A DNA stretch of 64,000 nt, taken from positions 160,456,001 through 160,520,000 of the forward strand of contig OX597814.1 of the NCBI GenBank assembly GCA_951406725.2, in the 5' to 3' direction. Shown piece by piece: positions 26,964 through 40,538 of this stretch. The translations under genes were made by a program, and so were the position numbers. Positions within the stretch are counted from its first letter, which is position 1. Every line of letters starts with the position of its first letter. This stretch comes from Octopus vulgaris. Its lineage: Eukaryota. The notes below the pieces were generated by a model. That model made no database searches, was not told the origin of the DNA, and worked only from the letters and a program-made list of their open reading frames with translations.

Positions 26964-27512
26964 TGCAATCATTCAGGCTAGGTCTCTAGTTTGAGAATTA
27001 CCTTCTTCCATCCTTCCTTGGATGTCTTGTAAAGGGTTGTGGACACTGCCTTCCCTCCTGACTAAAACGATGAAAACAAAAAACGAAAAAGAGCATTGTT
27101 GATGACACGAACCGCTTAGACTGAATTCCGTAGTTTGGCCGAGTTAGGCTAATATTGTCCTAGATACATTATGTTTTAAAATCAAATTATTCTGTAATAG
27201 CTGGAAAAGGATTAACCGAAAGGTATATAATAGAAAGAAGAGAAATAAAACAGCAGCTACAACAAAACAATAGCGATGAGACTGTCTTTTGCAAGTATGC
27301 ATACGTACACACGAACCTACATGCATACACACCTAGGAATGTACAAACACACTTTCCTAGATACAAAGATACGTACATTAGTACATACCTACGAGTCCAT
27401 TCGGCTGCAATCATTCAGGCTAGTTCTCCGGTTTGAGGATACCTTCCTCCATCATTCCTAGGAGATCTTGTGAAGGGTTGTGGACACTGCCAACCCTCCT
27501 GACTAAAACGAT
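26964..27512. repeat. Two diverged ~108-bp direct copies (26964-27071 and 27406-27512) of a dispersed repeat
   Basis: TGCAATCATTCAGGCTAG...AAGGGTTGTGGACACTGCC..CCCTCCTGACTAAAACGAT occurs in both. Confidence 0.8.
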
Positions 27513-28343
27513 AACTTTAGTCATATGGTGATCGCTCCATGTTTACAGATGATTTTTACAGATGCTACCACGTTGTCAGTAGCATTTCTGACTTTCCGTC
27601 CATGACTTCTCTGCTGACTATTCAGTCCCGTTGCAGCTCTGCATGGTTTAAAGCATGGGTAACAGACAAAAGTTTTAACTTACTGTGCACTTCCAACTGG
27701 TAAGGTCTGTACACGTCGCCACTTTCCCGTGCCATAGGACTTATAGTAGATGGAATGGTGAATAAAGTCACCATAAGGAAACATCAGTACACCATTGGAT
27801 TACTTTGATAAACGTTTGTACAACACGAGTACCATTTTTTGAGTCTCTGCAGTTAGTATCTACTGACAGGCCTAAGCGACAAGACCAGTAATCACGTGAA
27901 AGCGCAGTTTTTACATCAGAGTGTTCCAGAATATAACAACAGCTAAAGGTCCTCAATCTTGAAGGTTTTACAGTGCACCCTGACACTAACTAGTGGGTAT
28001 TTCTGTGTCCCAAGCTCAGATGGATTGTTATCACATATGCTAGTGAACTCATATGTGAGAACATTGACAGGCGCTACTACTCAGAGTCAAACTAAACCTG
28101 GGAACAATAGTGGCCAAGAGATGATTCCACACTCCTCGAAGCACTAGGACTCACGAATCAGAGCCTCCCTACCGGATACAGCCTAAAGTCATACACCGGA
28201 CATTAAGTGATACCCAGATACATACATAAATGCATACATACATACATACATACACAAACCGTTGTCTGAATTCATTCAAGAATGTTTTCATACTGTGGAC
28301 ACATGCTGCTATATACAAGTGTACATGCATGTATCCAATGGAG

Positions 28344-28430
<87 letters not shown>

Positions 28431-28647
28431 TGTATGTATGTATGTATGTATGTATGTATGTATGTGTGTACGTATGTATACATGCATGCATGTATGTATG
28501 TATATGTGTATATGTATGTATGTATATATATGTATATATATTATATATATTATATATACATATATGCGTGTGTATTAGGGTGTTTTCAATATCTCGGTTC
28601 AATTTTTTATTCTTTAGCATGTATTACATATTATTTCTTTATTTCAT

Positions 28648-28684
28648 CTGATCGTTTTTCTTTTTCTTTTCTACTTAGGTGAGT
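28648..28684 (+). promoter_or_regulatory. Candidate recursive splice site (ratchet point) TAG|GTGAGT
   Basis: CTGAT branch-like motif (A at 28651), tract TTTTTCTTTTTCTTTTCTACT, AG at 28677-78, immediately followed by the consensus donor GTGAGT. Same strand as the LIM exon. Confidence 0.35.
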
Positions 28685-29075
28685 CTTGTCAAACATGCGG
28701 GTACACCTAAAAAGAGAAAATAAAAGACAAAATGGCTTCTTTAAACTTTCCCAAAATGAGGTGTGCTCTTCTCAATTGTTTATTGTGGTCCATTAAGTTT
28801 TTTTTATATATATCTTTATTACCGCCTGGTGTTTCTGTTTTCATAGACACCACAATTGTCTCTATACTCCCACATCCTTTCTGCGTCTGTAGGCCTTTGT
28901 AATCTGCATATGTTTTTCCTGTTCTATGGCTTCGTGTATTTCTGTCCGAACGATGATATAACAATTAATGTATTTTGGTAGGTTTGTTGATTTTATATAG
29001 TTTTCCACATGTTTTATACATATATATACAACATCGGTTTTTTTTAATCCTTAATGTCTTGTAATGTCTTGTAAT
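28655..29075 (-). mobile_element. R4/NeSL-like non-LTR retrotransposon 3' end, degenerate
   Basis: Minus-strand fragments K(P)DVV, SDRNTRS, YKGLQ, ERMWE and TIVV resemble the RLE C-terminus RPDIV..D.N...KE.EK..KY..L..E..RMW....VVP. An A-rich tail follows. Confidence 0.6.
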
Positions 29076-29624
29076 ATCTCAGGACAACGAGCAAATAATT
29101 TCTTTTTTCTGCTTTTATCCTCACAGTATCACATCCAGAATGTTTTCAAAAGAATTTCATTTTTTTCTTCTCTTGCTTCCCTGCGTTAACATAGCACGGG
29201 CACACGCACATACACACGAAATCAAAGAGGCAGATACAGGTAGATACAGATAGCTGGATACTGACTTGTATGTTCAGATAGATAGATAGATAGATAATAG
29301 ATATCATTATACAACATCCATACATATCTGGAGATATACTTATAAAAATATATATGTGTGTGTGTATATATATACGTATAAATGTCTACAGACATGCATA
29401 AGTGTACAGATATGTGTGCGTGTGTGCGCGTGTGTCTCTGTGTGTATGCATATGTATACACACACACACACACACATATATATATGTAATACATACTTAC
29501 ACATATTCTCATATATATATACATATATATAAATCCTTCAAAATGTTTAGCCCGAAGGCCGCGGCCATGCTGGAGCACCACCATATACATAGACATATAT
29601 GTATACATAAATAAATATATATAC

Positions 29625-30000
<376 letters not shown>

Positions 30001-30014
30001 TACACACACACACT

Positions 30015-30063
<49 letters not shown>

Positions 30064-30471
30064 TTAGATGTGAGTTTCTTCCATTAGTACTGGCTACTAA
30101 GTTTCTAATTATAGCTAAGAACTAATTGGGATACCCATGAATATACAGTCACCTCGTTAAGCTGTCTGCAGTTGTGCTTGTTTAAAGTAATGTCCAGAAG
30201 TAGACAGTACTTTCATTAGTAGAGAAACCAAACCCCTTTAATATTCTTAATAAGTTCTTAGTACATGCGTGTGTGTGTGCGCTCGTTCGCAGTGTGTTTG
30301 AATGTGTGTGTGTCTATGTGTCTATGTGTCTGTGCGTGCATATGTCTGTGTGCATGTGCGTGCGCGGTAGTGTGTGTGTGTGTGTGTGTGTTAGCCTGCG
30401 AAACGACTGCAGTTGCATGTGCAGAAGACTAGGTTGTATCGTAAATACATAGCTATGTATATATATATATA

Positions 30472-30670
30472 TTCTCTTATTCTTTTATTTTTGACTGCGG
30501 CCATACTGGAGCACAGACTTTTGCCGAACAAATTGACCCTAGGACTTATTCTGTGTAAGCCTAGTAATTATTCTATCAGGCCATTTTGCCGAACCGCTAA
30601 GTTACATGAACGTGAACACACCAACATCGGTTGTCAAGCGACGGTTGGGGAGGACAAACACAGACACACA
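30472..30670 (-). mobile_element. CORE-SINE family A 3' half
   Basis: TTGACTGCGGCCATACTGGAGCAC...TTTTGCCGAACCGCTAAGTTAC...ACACCAACATCGGTTGTCAAGCG. Confidence 0.8.
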
Positions 30671-30671
30671 A

Positions 30672-30728
<57 letters not shown>

Positions 30729-31396
30729 CGTATGTATGTATGAGTGTATGTATATATGTATGTATGCATGTATGTATGTATGTATGTATGTATGCATGCA
30801 TGCATGTATGTATGTATGTATGTATGTATGTATGTATGTATGTATGTATGTATGTATATGGAGAGAAAACAGAGAGACAAACAGAGAAGCAGGTAAAGAT
30901 AACATGTATGCACATACATCTTTATACAAATATGTATAGGTACAAATATATCTGTGTGTATGTGTGTGTATGTGTGCGCGTGTGTGTGTTTGTGGGCGTG
31001 CATGTGTGTGTCGTTTTCTGTGCATTTATAAGCGGTTCCTATGTACATACATAAATACATACACATGCTTTTAAACACACATAGATGTCACATATATTCA
31101 CATACACACCCAGACGCATATATATATACACGCACATATGTACATATATATATACACATACATACGTGCATACATACACAAACATATGTGCATACATACA
31201 CGTACATACATAGGCATACATACATGCATACCTGCATACATACATACATACATACATACATACATACATACACACATACATGCATACTCACACATATACA
31301 TACATACATGTATACATACATGCACACATACATACATACAAACCTACATACATACATACATACATACATACATACATGCATGCATGCATGCATGCA

Positions 31397-31430
<34 letters not shown>

Positions 31431-31629
31431 CATACATACATGCATGCATACATACATACATACATGCACACATACATACACACATACATACATACATACA
31501 TACATACATACACACATGCATGCATGCATGCATACATACATACATACATACATACATACATACATACATACATACATACATACATACATACATACATACA
31601 TACATACATACATACATACATACATACAT

Positions 31630-31667
<38 letters not shown>

Positions 31668-31934
31668 CAAAGCGGAGAAACATGTACATGAAATATACAG
31701 AAACCAGGAAAGGTAGAGATTTAGATCGATTTAGAGGGAGAGAGAGAAAGCAAGAAGGTTTCGACGCGCTGTGGTAAGCCTTTGTTTATTGTACGACTGA
31801 AATAAGTCCTGATGTGTGACAGTTTTATGCACCATCTTTATTACGTATCCGCTTTCAACTTTTGTTTCAGTTCTACATCATTTTACGTCACTCTATATAT
31901 GTCTGATTACATACACAGACACACACATATATGC

Positions 31935-31996
<62 letters not shown>

Positions 31997-31998
31997 GC

Positions 31999-32032
<34 letters not shown>

Positions 32033-33216
32033 GACATTCGTGCATATCTATCTATCGATATCTCTATATATATATATATATTTACATACATCAAAAATAC
32101 ACACACATATATATATATGCATGTAGATATATATATATATTTATATATACACACACATACATATATATTTGTGTATGTAAGTATATAGTAACATACACAG
32201 GTGCATATAATTATATGCCTCTTTATAGATATATATATATGTATATGTATATATATATTATATATATATATATATATAAACTCTACTTGTATATACATAC
32301 AAATATGTATCATATATGCATATACATTACGTATCTATGTGTTTATCTGCAAATATCCATGCTCATACATGTTTATACAAATATGCACAGGTACAAATAT
32401 CTCTCTGTGTATATGTGTGTATGTGTGTGCGTGCGTGTGTGTGTCGTTGTCTGTGCATTTAAGAGTAATTCCTATGTACAATTATTTCTCCCTGTGTATT
32501 CAGTTTTCATTGGGTAAATATGTTTACCTATGCACCTGTGTGCAGTTCTTAGTCCATTTCTAGATAACAATTTATGCCTGTTTTACAACTCTATGTCAAC
32601 GAACAGCTATAAAGACGTTTTGGTACTCATATATACATATGCCTGTGCGTCGGTGCCTGTGGACGTATGCATGAGTGCGTGTGAGTCTGTATGTGATTTT
32701 TTGTTTCTATGTAAACCAGTAAAGTGGCAGGTAATATGAACCGATGTATTTCCCTTTTTCATTTTCTTCTTTATGTCAAAGAAAAGATAACCGGTGCTTT
32801 TCTACATATAAATATACTTACAAATCAAATGGATCTCCACCAGTTTTAACGATAAGTAGTCCATGCGTTTAATCAACGCGTGAGAGTTATTTACTGACTC
32901 GTGATTCAATCCTTACACAAACCCACATAACGCAATATATATGACAAGGTTGACCGTTTGAATTGCAGATACATCCAACGAACCACGACAGTTTTCTTGT
33001 ACCCAGCATCAAACATAACGCGTGATGGCCCGACACATGAATAAAAAAATCGAGGTCAAGATGCCACGACAAGATGCAAAACAAACTTCTTAACCTCTCC
33101 ACCATGTTTGAATAGCACAACCCTACACGTGTATGCGTGTGTTTGCATGAGTGTGAGTTGTGTATAAGATCACACACAACACCTCCCACACAAACACACA
33201 CATCATATATAAATGC

Positions 33217-33251
<35 letters not shown>

Positions 33252-33274
33252 GATATATATATATATATATATAT

Positions 33275-33500
33275 ACTCTTTACTCTTTTGCTCCTTTATT
33301 TGTTTCAGCCATTTGACTGCGGCCATGCATGTCACCGCATTTTAGTCGGAAAAATCGACCCCAGGACTTATTCTTTGTAAGCTTGGTACTTATTCTATTG
33401 GTCTCTTTTGCCGAACCGCTAACTTACGGAGACATAAACACACCAACATCGGTTGTCAATCGACGGTGGGGAGGTTGAACAGAAACAGATACACACAGAT
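33275..33500 (-). mobile_element. CORE-SINE family A 3' half
   Basis: TGTTTCAGCCATTTGACTGCGGCCATGC...TCGACCCCAGGACTTATTCTTTGTAAGC...CCGAACCGCTAA. Confidence 0.8.
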
Positions 33501-34738
33501 GTGTGTGTGTGTGTGCGCGCGCGCGCGTGTCATTCGAAGCCTTTTATCTTCAGTCAAGAACCGGATCATCCTCGCAATTTCGGCTGATTAATCTTGAGAT
33601 TGCTCCAATCTGGCCAGCCCCAAGGAAAAACTAAGCTAAGAGCATTAGATTCCTTGCAAAAAAAGCATCGAATGTTATGCATGTATGTGTATGCACGCAT
33701 GTATGTATATGTATATTTGCTTGTGTGTCTGTGTCTGTGTGTGTGTGTGAGTGCTTATTTCCATCAGCTTTTGAAAGAATTGGTCGGGACTCGATAGGAT
33801 GGTCATGGCTGCAATATTTGTGATTATAGGTCTGCTCAGTCTAAGCTAACCTATGACTAAACAGTAACAAATATACCAGACAACAAGAAAACAACACAAC
33901 AACACACCTTCTAGAACAACGCTCCAAATACAACAACCTTCAAAAAGTTGTTCAACTCGCTAACATTATGTCTGCCTCGTAAGTGAAATATATAAGCTCC
34001 TTTTTGTATGCAAAATTACTAATTAAATTCACAAGTTTTAATAACTGCTTTTGTGGTTTGCACAGTTTTACTGGCGGCTTATTTTCGATCGTACAGAATG
34101 GAAACAGTAGCAAGGTGGGAATGTATTTTTGCGTTTAAGAATTTGGAAACTTTTGCCTTTTAAAATTCTATTTATTTATTTATTTATTCATATATTTGTT
34201 TGTTTCTATTTCTGAAAATTTTAAATATGTTTATTTACAGTATCATTCTATCGTTTCCCGGCGTTCTATAGTATACAGTGTTCAATATGAGAAGAATATG
34301 AACTGGAAAATAACAATAGTTCTTGCTAAGAGGTAAAAACCGTTAAGACGATTGTTTCGATATCTCGTAGCCAGGTCTCCTCCCGAACCTATTCAGTTTG
34401 TATGTGTGATTTGGTGCACAGGTTATATTTTAAGAATTGCATAAATAAATAGATTTGAAATGAGTAACAAAAATAATTATTAAAAAAATTTTGTATTCAA
34501 AAAATATTCAAGAAATTTTAAAATATATTTTTAGAGCCAAACCATACAGAATACATGGAGAGAAATAAGTATGAAAGGGAAGTGTAGAAAAGGAGAGAGA
34601 AAGTCTACGTTTAACACGTTAACATTAGTAGCAATAAGTAATATTATGTTGTAACATAAGCACAATACCACACATTTTAAGTGTAAGAGCATAACCGTTT
34701 ACAATCGATCTCAGGATTTGCATGCTACTAATTTAACG

Positions 34739-35164
34739 GGATATTTTCGGTTTGACCGACAGTTTTTTAAAATAATTTCCACGTAACTAAACACTTTTAA
34801 ACTTCGTATACTGGTAGAATGTGTTTATAAAACATCTTTTTCTCTTGGCTTTATTGAGAAAATTCTATAGTTTGTAAGATATTTGTAGGTTTTTTTTTTT
34901 TTTCAATTTCTGCAATTTCAACCAATCGATGACGTCTATTGAGGTGAAAACATTCTGTGCCGTATGAATATGTCCCTCGTTTAAGAAACAGATTGGGTTT
35001 ATTTACATTTCTGAAGAAAAAAAGATACCCTTCCCCCACCCCTAACCCTAACCCTAACCCTAAAACAGATTGAAAGGCAATAGATCGATACTAGGGTCAT
35101 AATTATGGGTGACAATTTCATATGACACTGCTAGAAAAAACTGCCGTTCAAACCGAAAAGATCC
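34739..35164. mobile_element. Merlin-type MITE copy 2 (426 bp) with (CCCTAA)4
   Basis: Termini GGATATTTTCGGTTTGA...TCAAACCGAAAAGATCC. 8-bp TSD ATTTAACG at 34731-38 and 35165-72. Near-identical to 15388-15813. Confidence 0.88.
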
Positions 35165-35363
35165 ATTTAACGATCTCAAAACAATGAACTATAAAGATGT
35201 GTAAGGTTAGACTTGAACACAGAACGTGATGTGACGTAACATACTTTAATACCATAAAAACATTTTGTGTATCGCTCTATCTATTCCGTAAGTCCTTCAG
35301 TTTTGTAGTTATCAATCGATGTAAAAACAATAAAAAAAACTTTCTAGTATTATCGATATTAAT

Positions 35364-35575
35364 CCTTTCTCTTATTGACACAAGGCCTGAAGTTCTGTGA
35401 GAGGTAGTTAGTCGATTACAACGACCCCAGTGCTCGATTGGCTCTTATTTCATCGGCCCCAAGTGATAAAAGCCAAAGTCGACCTCGGCGGCATTTGAAC
35501 ACAGAACGCAAGGATGGCCGAAACGCTGCTAAGTATTTAGTCTGTTGTGCTAACAATACTGTCAGACAGCTGCCT
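35364..35575 (-). mobile_element. Meta-SINE family B copy with 16-bp TSD
   Basis: AAAGTCGACCTCGGCGGCATTTGAAC motif. Flanked by TATTA(T/G)CGATATTAAT at 35348-63 and 35576-91. Confidence 0.8.
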
Positions 35576-35745
35576 TATTAGCGATATTAATTGATATAAA
35601 AATTATTATCAAAGAGGCTTAATATTCTGATCAATTTTCGTATACATACAACTTTGTAATAAAGATAGTCTGGCGAGGAACATATCTGTAGTAAAGTAGA
35701 TGGTAGCAAAAAATGTGTAAGTCAAAAAATTCTAATTCCAAAATC

Positions 35746-35862
35746 TGGTCGGCCGGAGGCTATAGTAGAAAACAATTGCCCATAGTGCCACGCAATGGAA
35801 CTGAACCCGAAACCATGTGGTTGGGAAGCAAACATCTTACCACACAGCCACGCCTCCACCTA
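35746..35862 (-). mobile_element. CORE-SINE family A 5' part
   Basis: GGCTATAGTAGAAAACAATTGCCC..GTGCCACGCAATGGAACTGAACCCGAAACCATGTGGTTGGGAAGC..CTTACCACACAGCCA. Confidence 0.8.
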
Positions 35863-37364
35863 ATGGACGTTCATAGACACTTTTTTCTTCCGCTGTCTAA
35901 GCCATACAACTTTCTTTTTTCAATTTGGCTTAAAAACTGGAATACCACCAAAACATCACAAAGATCCAATAGTTCTCTAATTAAACATACAATCAAAAAA
36001 AAAAACTCTTTTTTTCTTCGCCAAAAATCGTAACAATGAAATCTTACCAATTACCAAAAAACAACAATCTCGCGTCTTCTAAGCAATTCATAGATGGAGT
36101 TACTACTTTTAGCATGTTTAGAAAAAATATCAACTTCCATTTCTCATTAATTGGTAAAGATCCCTGAAAATACAAAAAGAAAAAGAAAAATAAATAAATA
36201 AAGTGTGAATAATTTTTTAATATTTTCAGGCTTTTTTAAATAAACCATTCATAAGTAAACCAGATTTTTTTTTCTTTTTATCATTATTATAATTTTGCAG
36301 TATTAAAAAAGAAATCGTATCATTTTTCATGCTTTCTGACACATTTAGTTATTTAATTTTCGGGCGAAAATTTAATGGAAACATTCATTGGCCTGAGACT
36401 TCAAAGATAACATGCATTATCATTTAATTAATAATGTTAATCATAACGTTTCTAACAAGTGAAAATGCTTTTACGCAGCTTGCATTAAAATCAGCCATCT
36501 TTATTTTATCCGTTCCCAAATTCACTACACTTAACAATTCCATTTCGAAGAAAATATTAATATCCATTAGCTTTTAGTTCTTCTGTTCATTCTAAGTCTA
36601 TATATATTTGAGCACGATATTGTGCGAAATCAAACTACATCTTTTAACTTTGCACACGATAAAATAAGATCATTGTTTTATTCGAATGCAGATACTAAGG
36701 CAGACGACATTTACAGCGAAGCTCCATCTTATTATTTTATTTATTTATTTTTCATGAACACTATTTTATCACAATAGCAATTTCGATCACTGGCGGCTAC
36801 GAAGCTAATCTGCATCTTAGTTGAAATGGAAGAAATATATAAAGAGATTTACCATTACAAAAAAGTTCTCGACCTTTTAGTCACACGTCTATTTCCGTAG
36901 GATAATATCCCATCTCCACCAATTGAATACAGACACTAGTACTCGGCTAACTAAATCTCTGTTAACACATACACGCACACTCACGCGCACATGCACACGC
37001 TCACAGGCACGCACACACATACACACGCACGCATGCACGCACGCATGCACGCACGCATGCACGCACGCATGCACGCACGCACGCACGCACACATATCAAG
37101 CGTTGCTGCATGGCAAAGAGGTTTGCTTTGCAATAACGTGCTCTCGGGTTTAGCTGCACAGTACCTTAGGTGTCTTCTTTAGTCCTGGGTCCACCAAAAC
37201 ATATCTGTGTAGGGGGGGTTGTATGTGTGTGTCAGTGTATTCGTGTGTATGTGTGAATGCATGCACACTCACATACATACTCATGCCCCAAGTGACTGGC
37301 CATTGCTATTGGTCTGTTTATGTCCCTGTAACCAAGCAGAGGCTGTTATGTGGTCATCGAATAC

Positions 37365-37410
37365 CTGCCACTGAAGAAGAACAGTGCGCTGAAATCACAT
37401 GATCTGGTAG
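37365..37410 (+). ncRNA. Type I minimal hammerhead ribozyme motif, stem II partly decayed
   Basis: CTGCCA-CTGAAGA-AGAACAGTGCGCT-GAAA-TCACATGA-TC|-TGGTAG. 6-bp stem I (one G-U), intact core, stem III ATCA(CA)TGAT, AUC site after 37404. Confidence 0.65.
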
Positions 37411-37567
37411 TTCTAGTACCCCTACCAGACGATTATGGTCTGATACGAGATATGTCTGGGCTTTTATGCACCGTGCGCCTATATGAGACGACCTGTCAAG
37501 ACGGATGCCGCAGTATTTAGCGTTTTACTAAGACATCCATGTTAAGTTGGCTATAAAACACTCTTTC

Positions 37568-37850
37568 TGAGCAAGTGTCTTCTAGTATAGCCTTTGAGCA
37601 AGTGACTTCAAAGCGTTGTGAGTGGATTTGGTAGACGGAAACTGAAAAAAGCCCGTCGTATATATGTATATGTATATATATATGTGTGTGTGTGTGTCTG
37701 TTTGTGTATCAGTGTTCGTCCCCCCCCCCAACATCGCTTGACAACCGATGCTGGTGTGTTTACGTCCCCGTAACTTAGCGGTTCGGCAAAAGAGACCGAT
37801 AGAATAAGTACTAGGCTTACAAAAATTTGCTCGACTAAGAACAAAGAGTA
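37568..37850 (+). mobile_element. CORE-SINE family A copy, 5'-truncated
   Basis: GCAAGTGTCTTCTAGTATAGCC..GAGTGGATTTGGTAGACGGAAACTGAAA..GCTTGACAACCGATGCTGGTGTGTTTACGTCCCCGTAACTTAGCGGTTCGGCAAAAGAGACCG. Confidence 0.85.
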
Positions 37851-38637
37851 ATGCTACTTTGCTCACTAAGATGTGTGTGTGTGTGTGTGCGTGTGTGTTT
37901 GTGTGTGTGCGTGTGTGTGTGTGTGAGTGTGTGTGTGTGTGTGTATACAGAGAGAAAGAGGGGAGTGAGAGAGTAAATAAGAAGAGAGATAGTGTTAAGG
38001 AGTAAGTGAAGAAACAAAACAAGAACAATCAGCAGTGGTTAGAAGGGAGTATAGTTAGATATTTGTTACCAGGACTGTGAGTTCGGAAGTGTTTAGCAGC
38101 CTAAAGTCAAATAAAACAAGGAGAGCGGATAGAAGGGGCAAAGTGGTAAGGTCACTTCAAAAATAGAACTAGAAACCTCATGAATTAGAAGAAAAAATGT
38201 ACTTCTATTTTTGCGTAATTCCCTGGGGAGAATGTTTAGTTTCTTTCAAAAACCCTTGTAAAATAGTGGTGGTAGTTGGAGACCAATCTGAGCATACACA
38301 ATACGGTTATTTGTGAATTGAACAGAAGATGAAGAATGGCAAATGTTAAGCTTCTGGAAAATACTTGAGATGCGTCGATGGTAATTGAGTTAAATATCTT
38401 GCTTGGAGTAGAAAGAGAGAGAGAGAGAGGAAAATGGGGGAGAAAGTTTGGGAGTAAGAGAGAGAAGGAGAGTAAGTCTGAGAATATAGAGAGTGAGTGA
38501 CAGGAGAGTGAAAGAGTTTGAAACAGAAATATATATAATGTATATATATAATGTGTGTGTGTGTGTGTGTATGTATGTATGCATGTATGTATATTAATAT
38601 GTGTGTGTGCGCATGCGCTTGTACGTGGGTGTGAGTT

Positions 38638-38682
<45 letters not shown>

Positions 38683-38699
38683 GAGATATTTCATCTTTT

Positions 38700-38731
<32 letters not shown>

Positions 38732-38734
38732 CAC

Positions 38735-38775
<41 letters not shown>

Positions 38776-38873
38776 TATACATACATACATACTTACATAT
38801 ATATATAAGTATTTATGTATGTATGTATATATATATTACATATATATATATATATGTATATATATCTATACGC

Positions 38874-38971
<98 letters not shown>

Positions 38972-39467
38972 AAAAAGGGAGTAAGTGTGAGAATGAGAAG
39001 GGGAAAATGGAAGGCGAAAAGAGTATGCAATAAGATAAAATTGAATGAGAGAGTAAGAAGTGGTGAGGAGCGAGAAGAGAAGTGCAAAAATGGCCAACAA
39101 GGTTGATAAACGACATTAAAGAATTTTTGCAAACAGACACAAAAGGTTTTCGAAACAAAATTGAACATATAAGAGAAGTGTTTAGTTTGGAGTATATAAT
39201 GTAAATAGACAGAAGGTCAACAACATTAATAAACACTCATGGTAACAATAGCAACAACAACATCAATAATAGATTTGAAGACGTCCGTAGTGTCAACATG
39301 GATCGCGACATTTCCATCTTTGCCCTCTCACACTCTAACCTCTCTCACCTTCTCTCTCCATCTTTGTTTCTCTCTCCCTCCATATTCCTCTTTATCTCTC
39401 ACTCACCTTCCCTCCCATTCCCTTCCTCCTCCTCCATTCTCCTCTCTCTATCCCCCCTCTCTCTGCT

Positions 39468-39515
<48 letters not shown>

Positions 39516-39599
39516 CATAATTTATGTATGCATGTGTGTATATATGTATATATATATTGTTATATATGTTGATCGATCATTTTGCCAATAAGCACACAC

Positions 39600-40291
39600 A
39601 GTGTAATTTCGTTGAGCGGGGAGTTCAACTAGAACTTATTTTATCGATCCCGAAAAGATAAAAATAAAGTCGACCTTGGCGGAATTTGAACTCAGAACGT
39701 GAAGACGAACGAAATGCTGCTAACCATTTTCCCAGCGTGCTAACTCGTTGCCCTCCATTGAGATGTTAATATTGATTTTATATTTTGGCACAAGGTCAGC
39801 ATGTTCAGAGTTGGACGTAACTCGATTACATCGACCCCAGAGTTCAACCGCCATTTATTTTATCGACCCCGAAAGGATTAAAGGTAAAGTGAATCCCGGT
39901 GGAATTTGAACTTAAAACGAATGCCCGGAATGTTAACGATTCAGCCAACTCTCTGCCCTTCATTGAGATATTGAGATATTAATATTCTTTTCTATTCTAG
40001 GTACAAGGCCCGAAATTTTTGTAGAGGGGGTGGCGCAGTTGATTAGATCGACCCCAGTAGGCAACTGGTACTTAATTTATCGATCCCGAAAGGATGAAGT
40101 GCAAATTCGGCCTCGGCAAAATTTGAACTCAGAACGTAAAGACAAATGAAATACCTATTTCTTTATTACCCACAAGGGGCTAAACACAGAGAAGTCGACC
40201 TCGGCGGAATTCGAACTCACAATGTAACGCAGACGAAATACCGCTAAGCATTTCGCCTGGCGTGCTAACGTTTCTGCCAGCTCGCCGCCTT
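39600..40291 (-). mobile_element. Array of about four antisense Meta-SINE family B copies
   Basis: Repeated TATCGA(T/C)CCCGAAA..AAAGT..GGAATTTGAAC blocks at about 39640, 39860, 40078 and 40192. Confidence 0.85.
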
Positions 40292-40321
40292 ATGATATAT
40301 TGATATTAATATACGCGTGAA

Positions 40322-40538
40322 GCGGCGAGCTGGCAGAATCGTTAGCACGCCGGGGAAAATGCTTAGCAGCATTTCGTCCGTCTTCACGATCTGAGTTCAA
40401 ATTCCACCGAGGTCGACTTTACCTTTCATCCGTTCGGAGTTGATAAAATAACTACCAGTTGAGTACAGAGGTCGATGTAATCGAATTACACCCTCCCCTG
40501 AAATTGTTGTCCTTGTGCAAAAAAATTTGAAACCAATA
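40322..40538 (+). mobile_element. Meta-SINE family B copy, head-to-head with the antisense array
   Basis: GCGGCGAGCTGGCAGAATCGTTAGCACGCC..GAGTTCAAATTCCACCGAGGTCGACTTTACCTTTCATCC. Further partial sense copies at 40545-40670 and 41050-41185. Confidence 0.85.

Noticed and set aside
35039-35063. Telomere or chromosome-fusion scar from (CCCTAA)4
   Set aside because: It lies inside a TSD-bounded MITE that occurs twice in the window.
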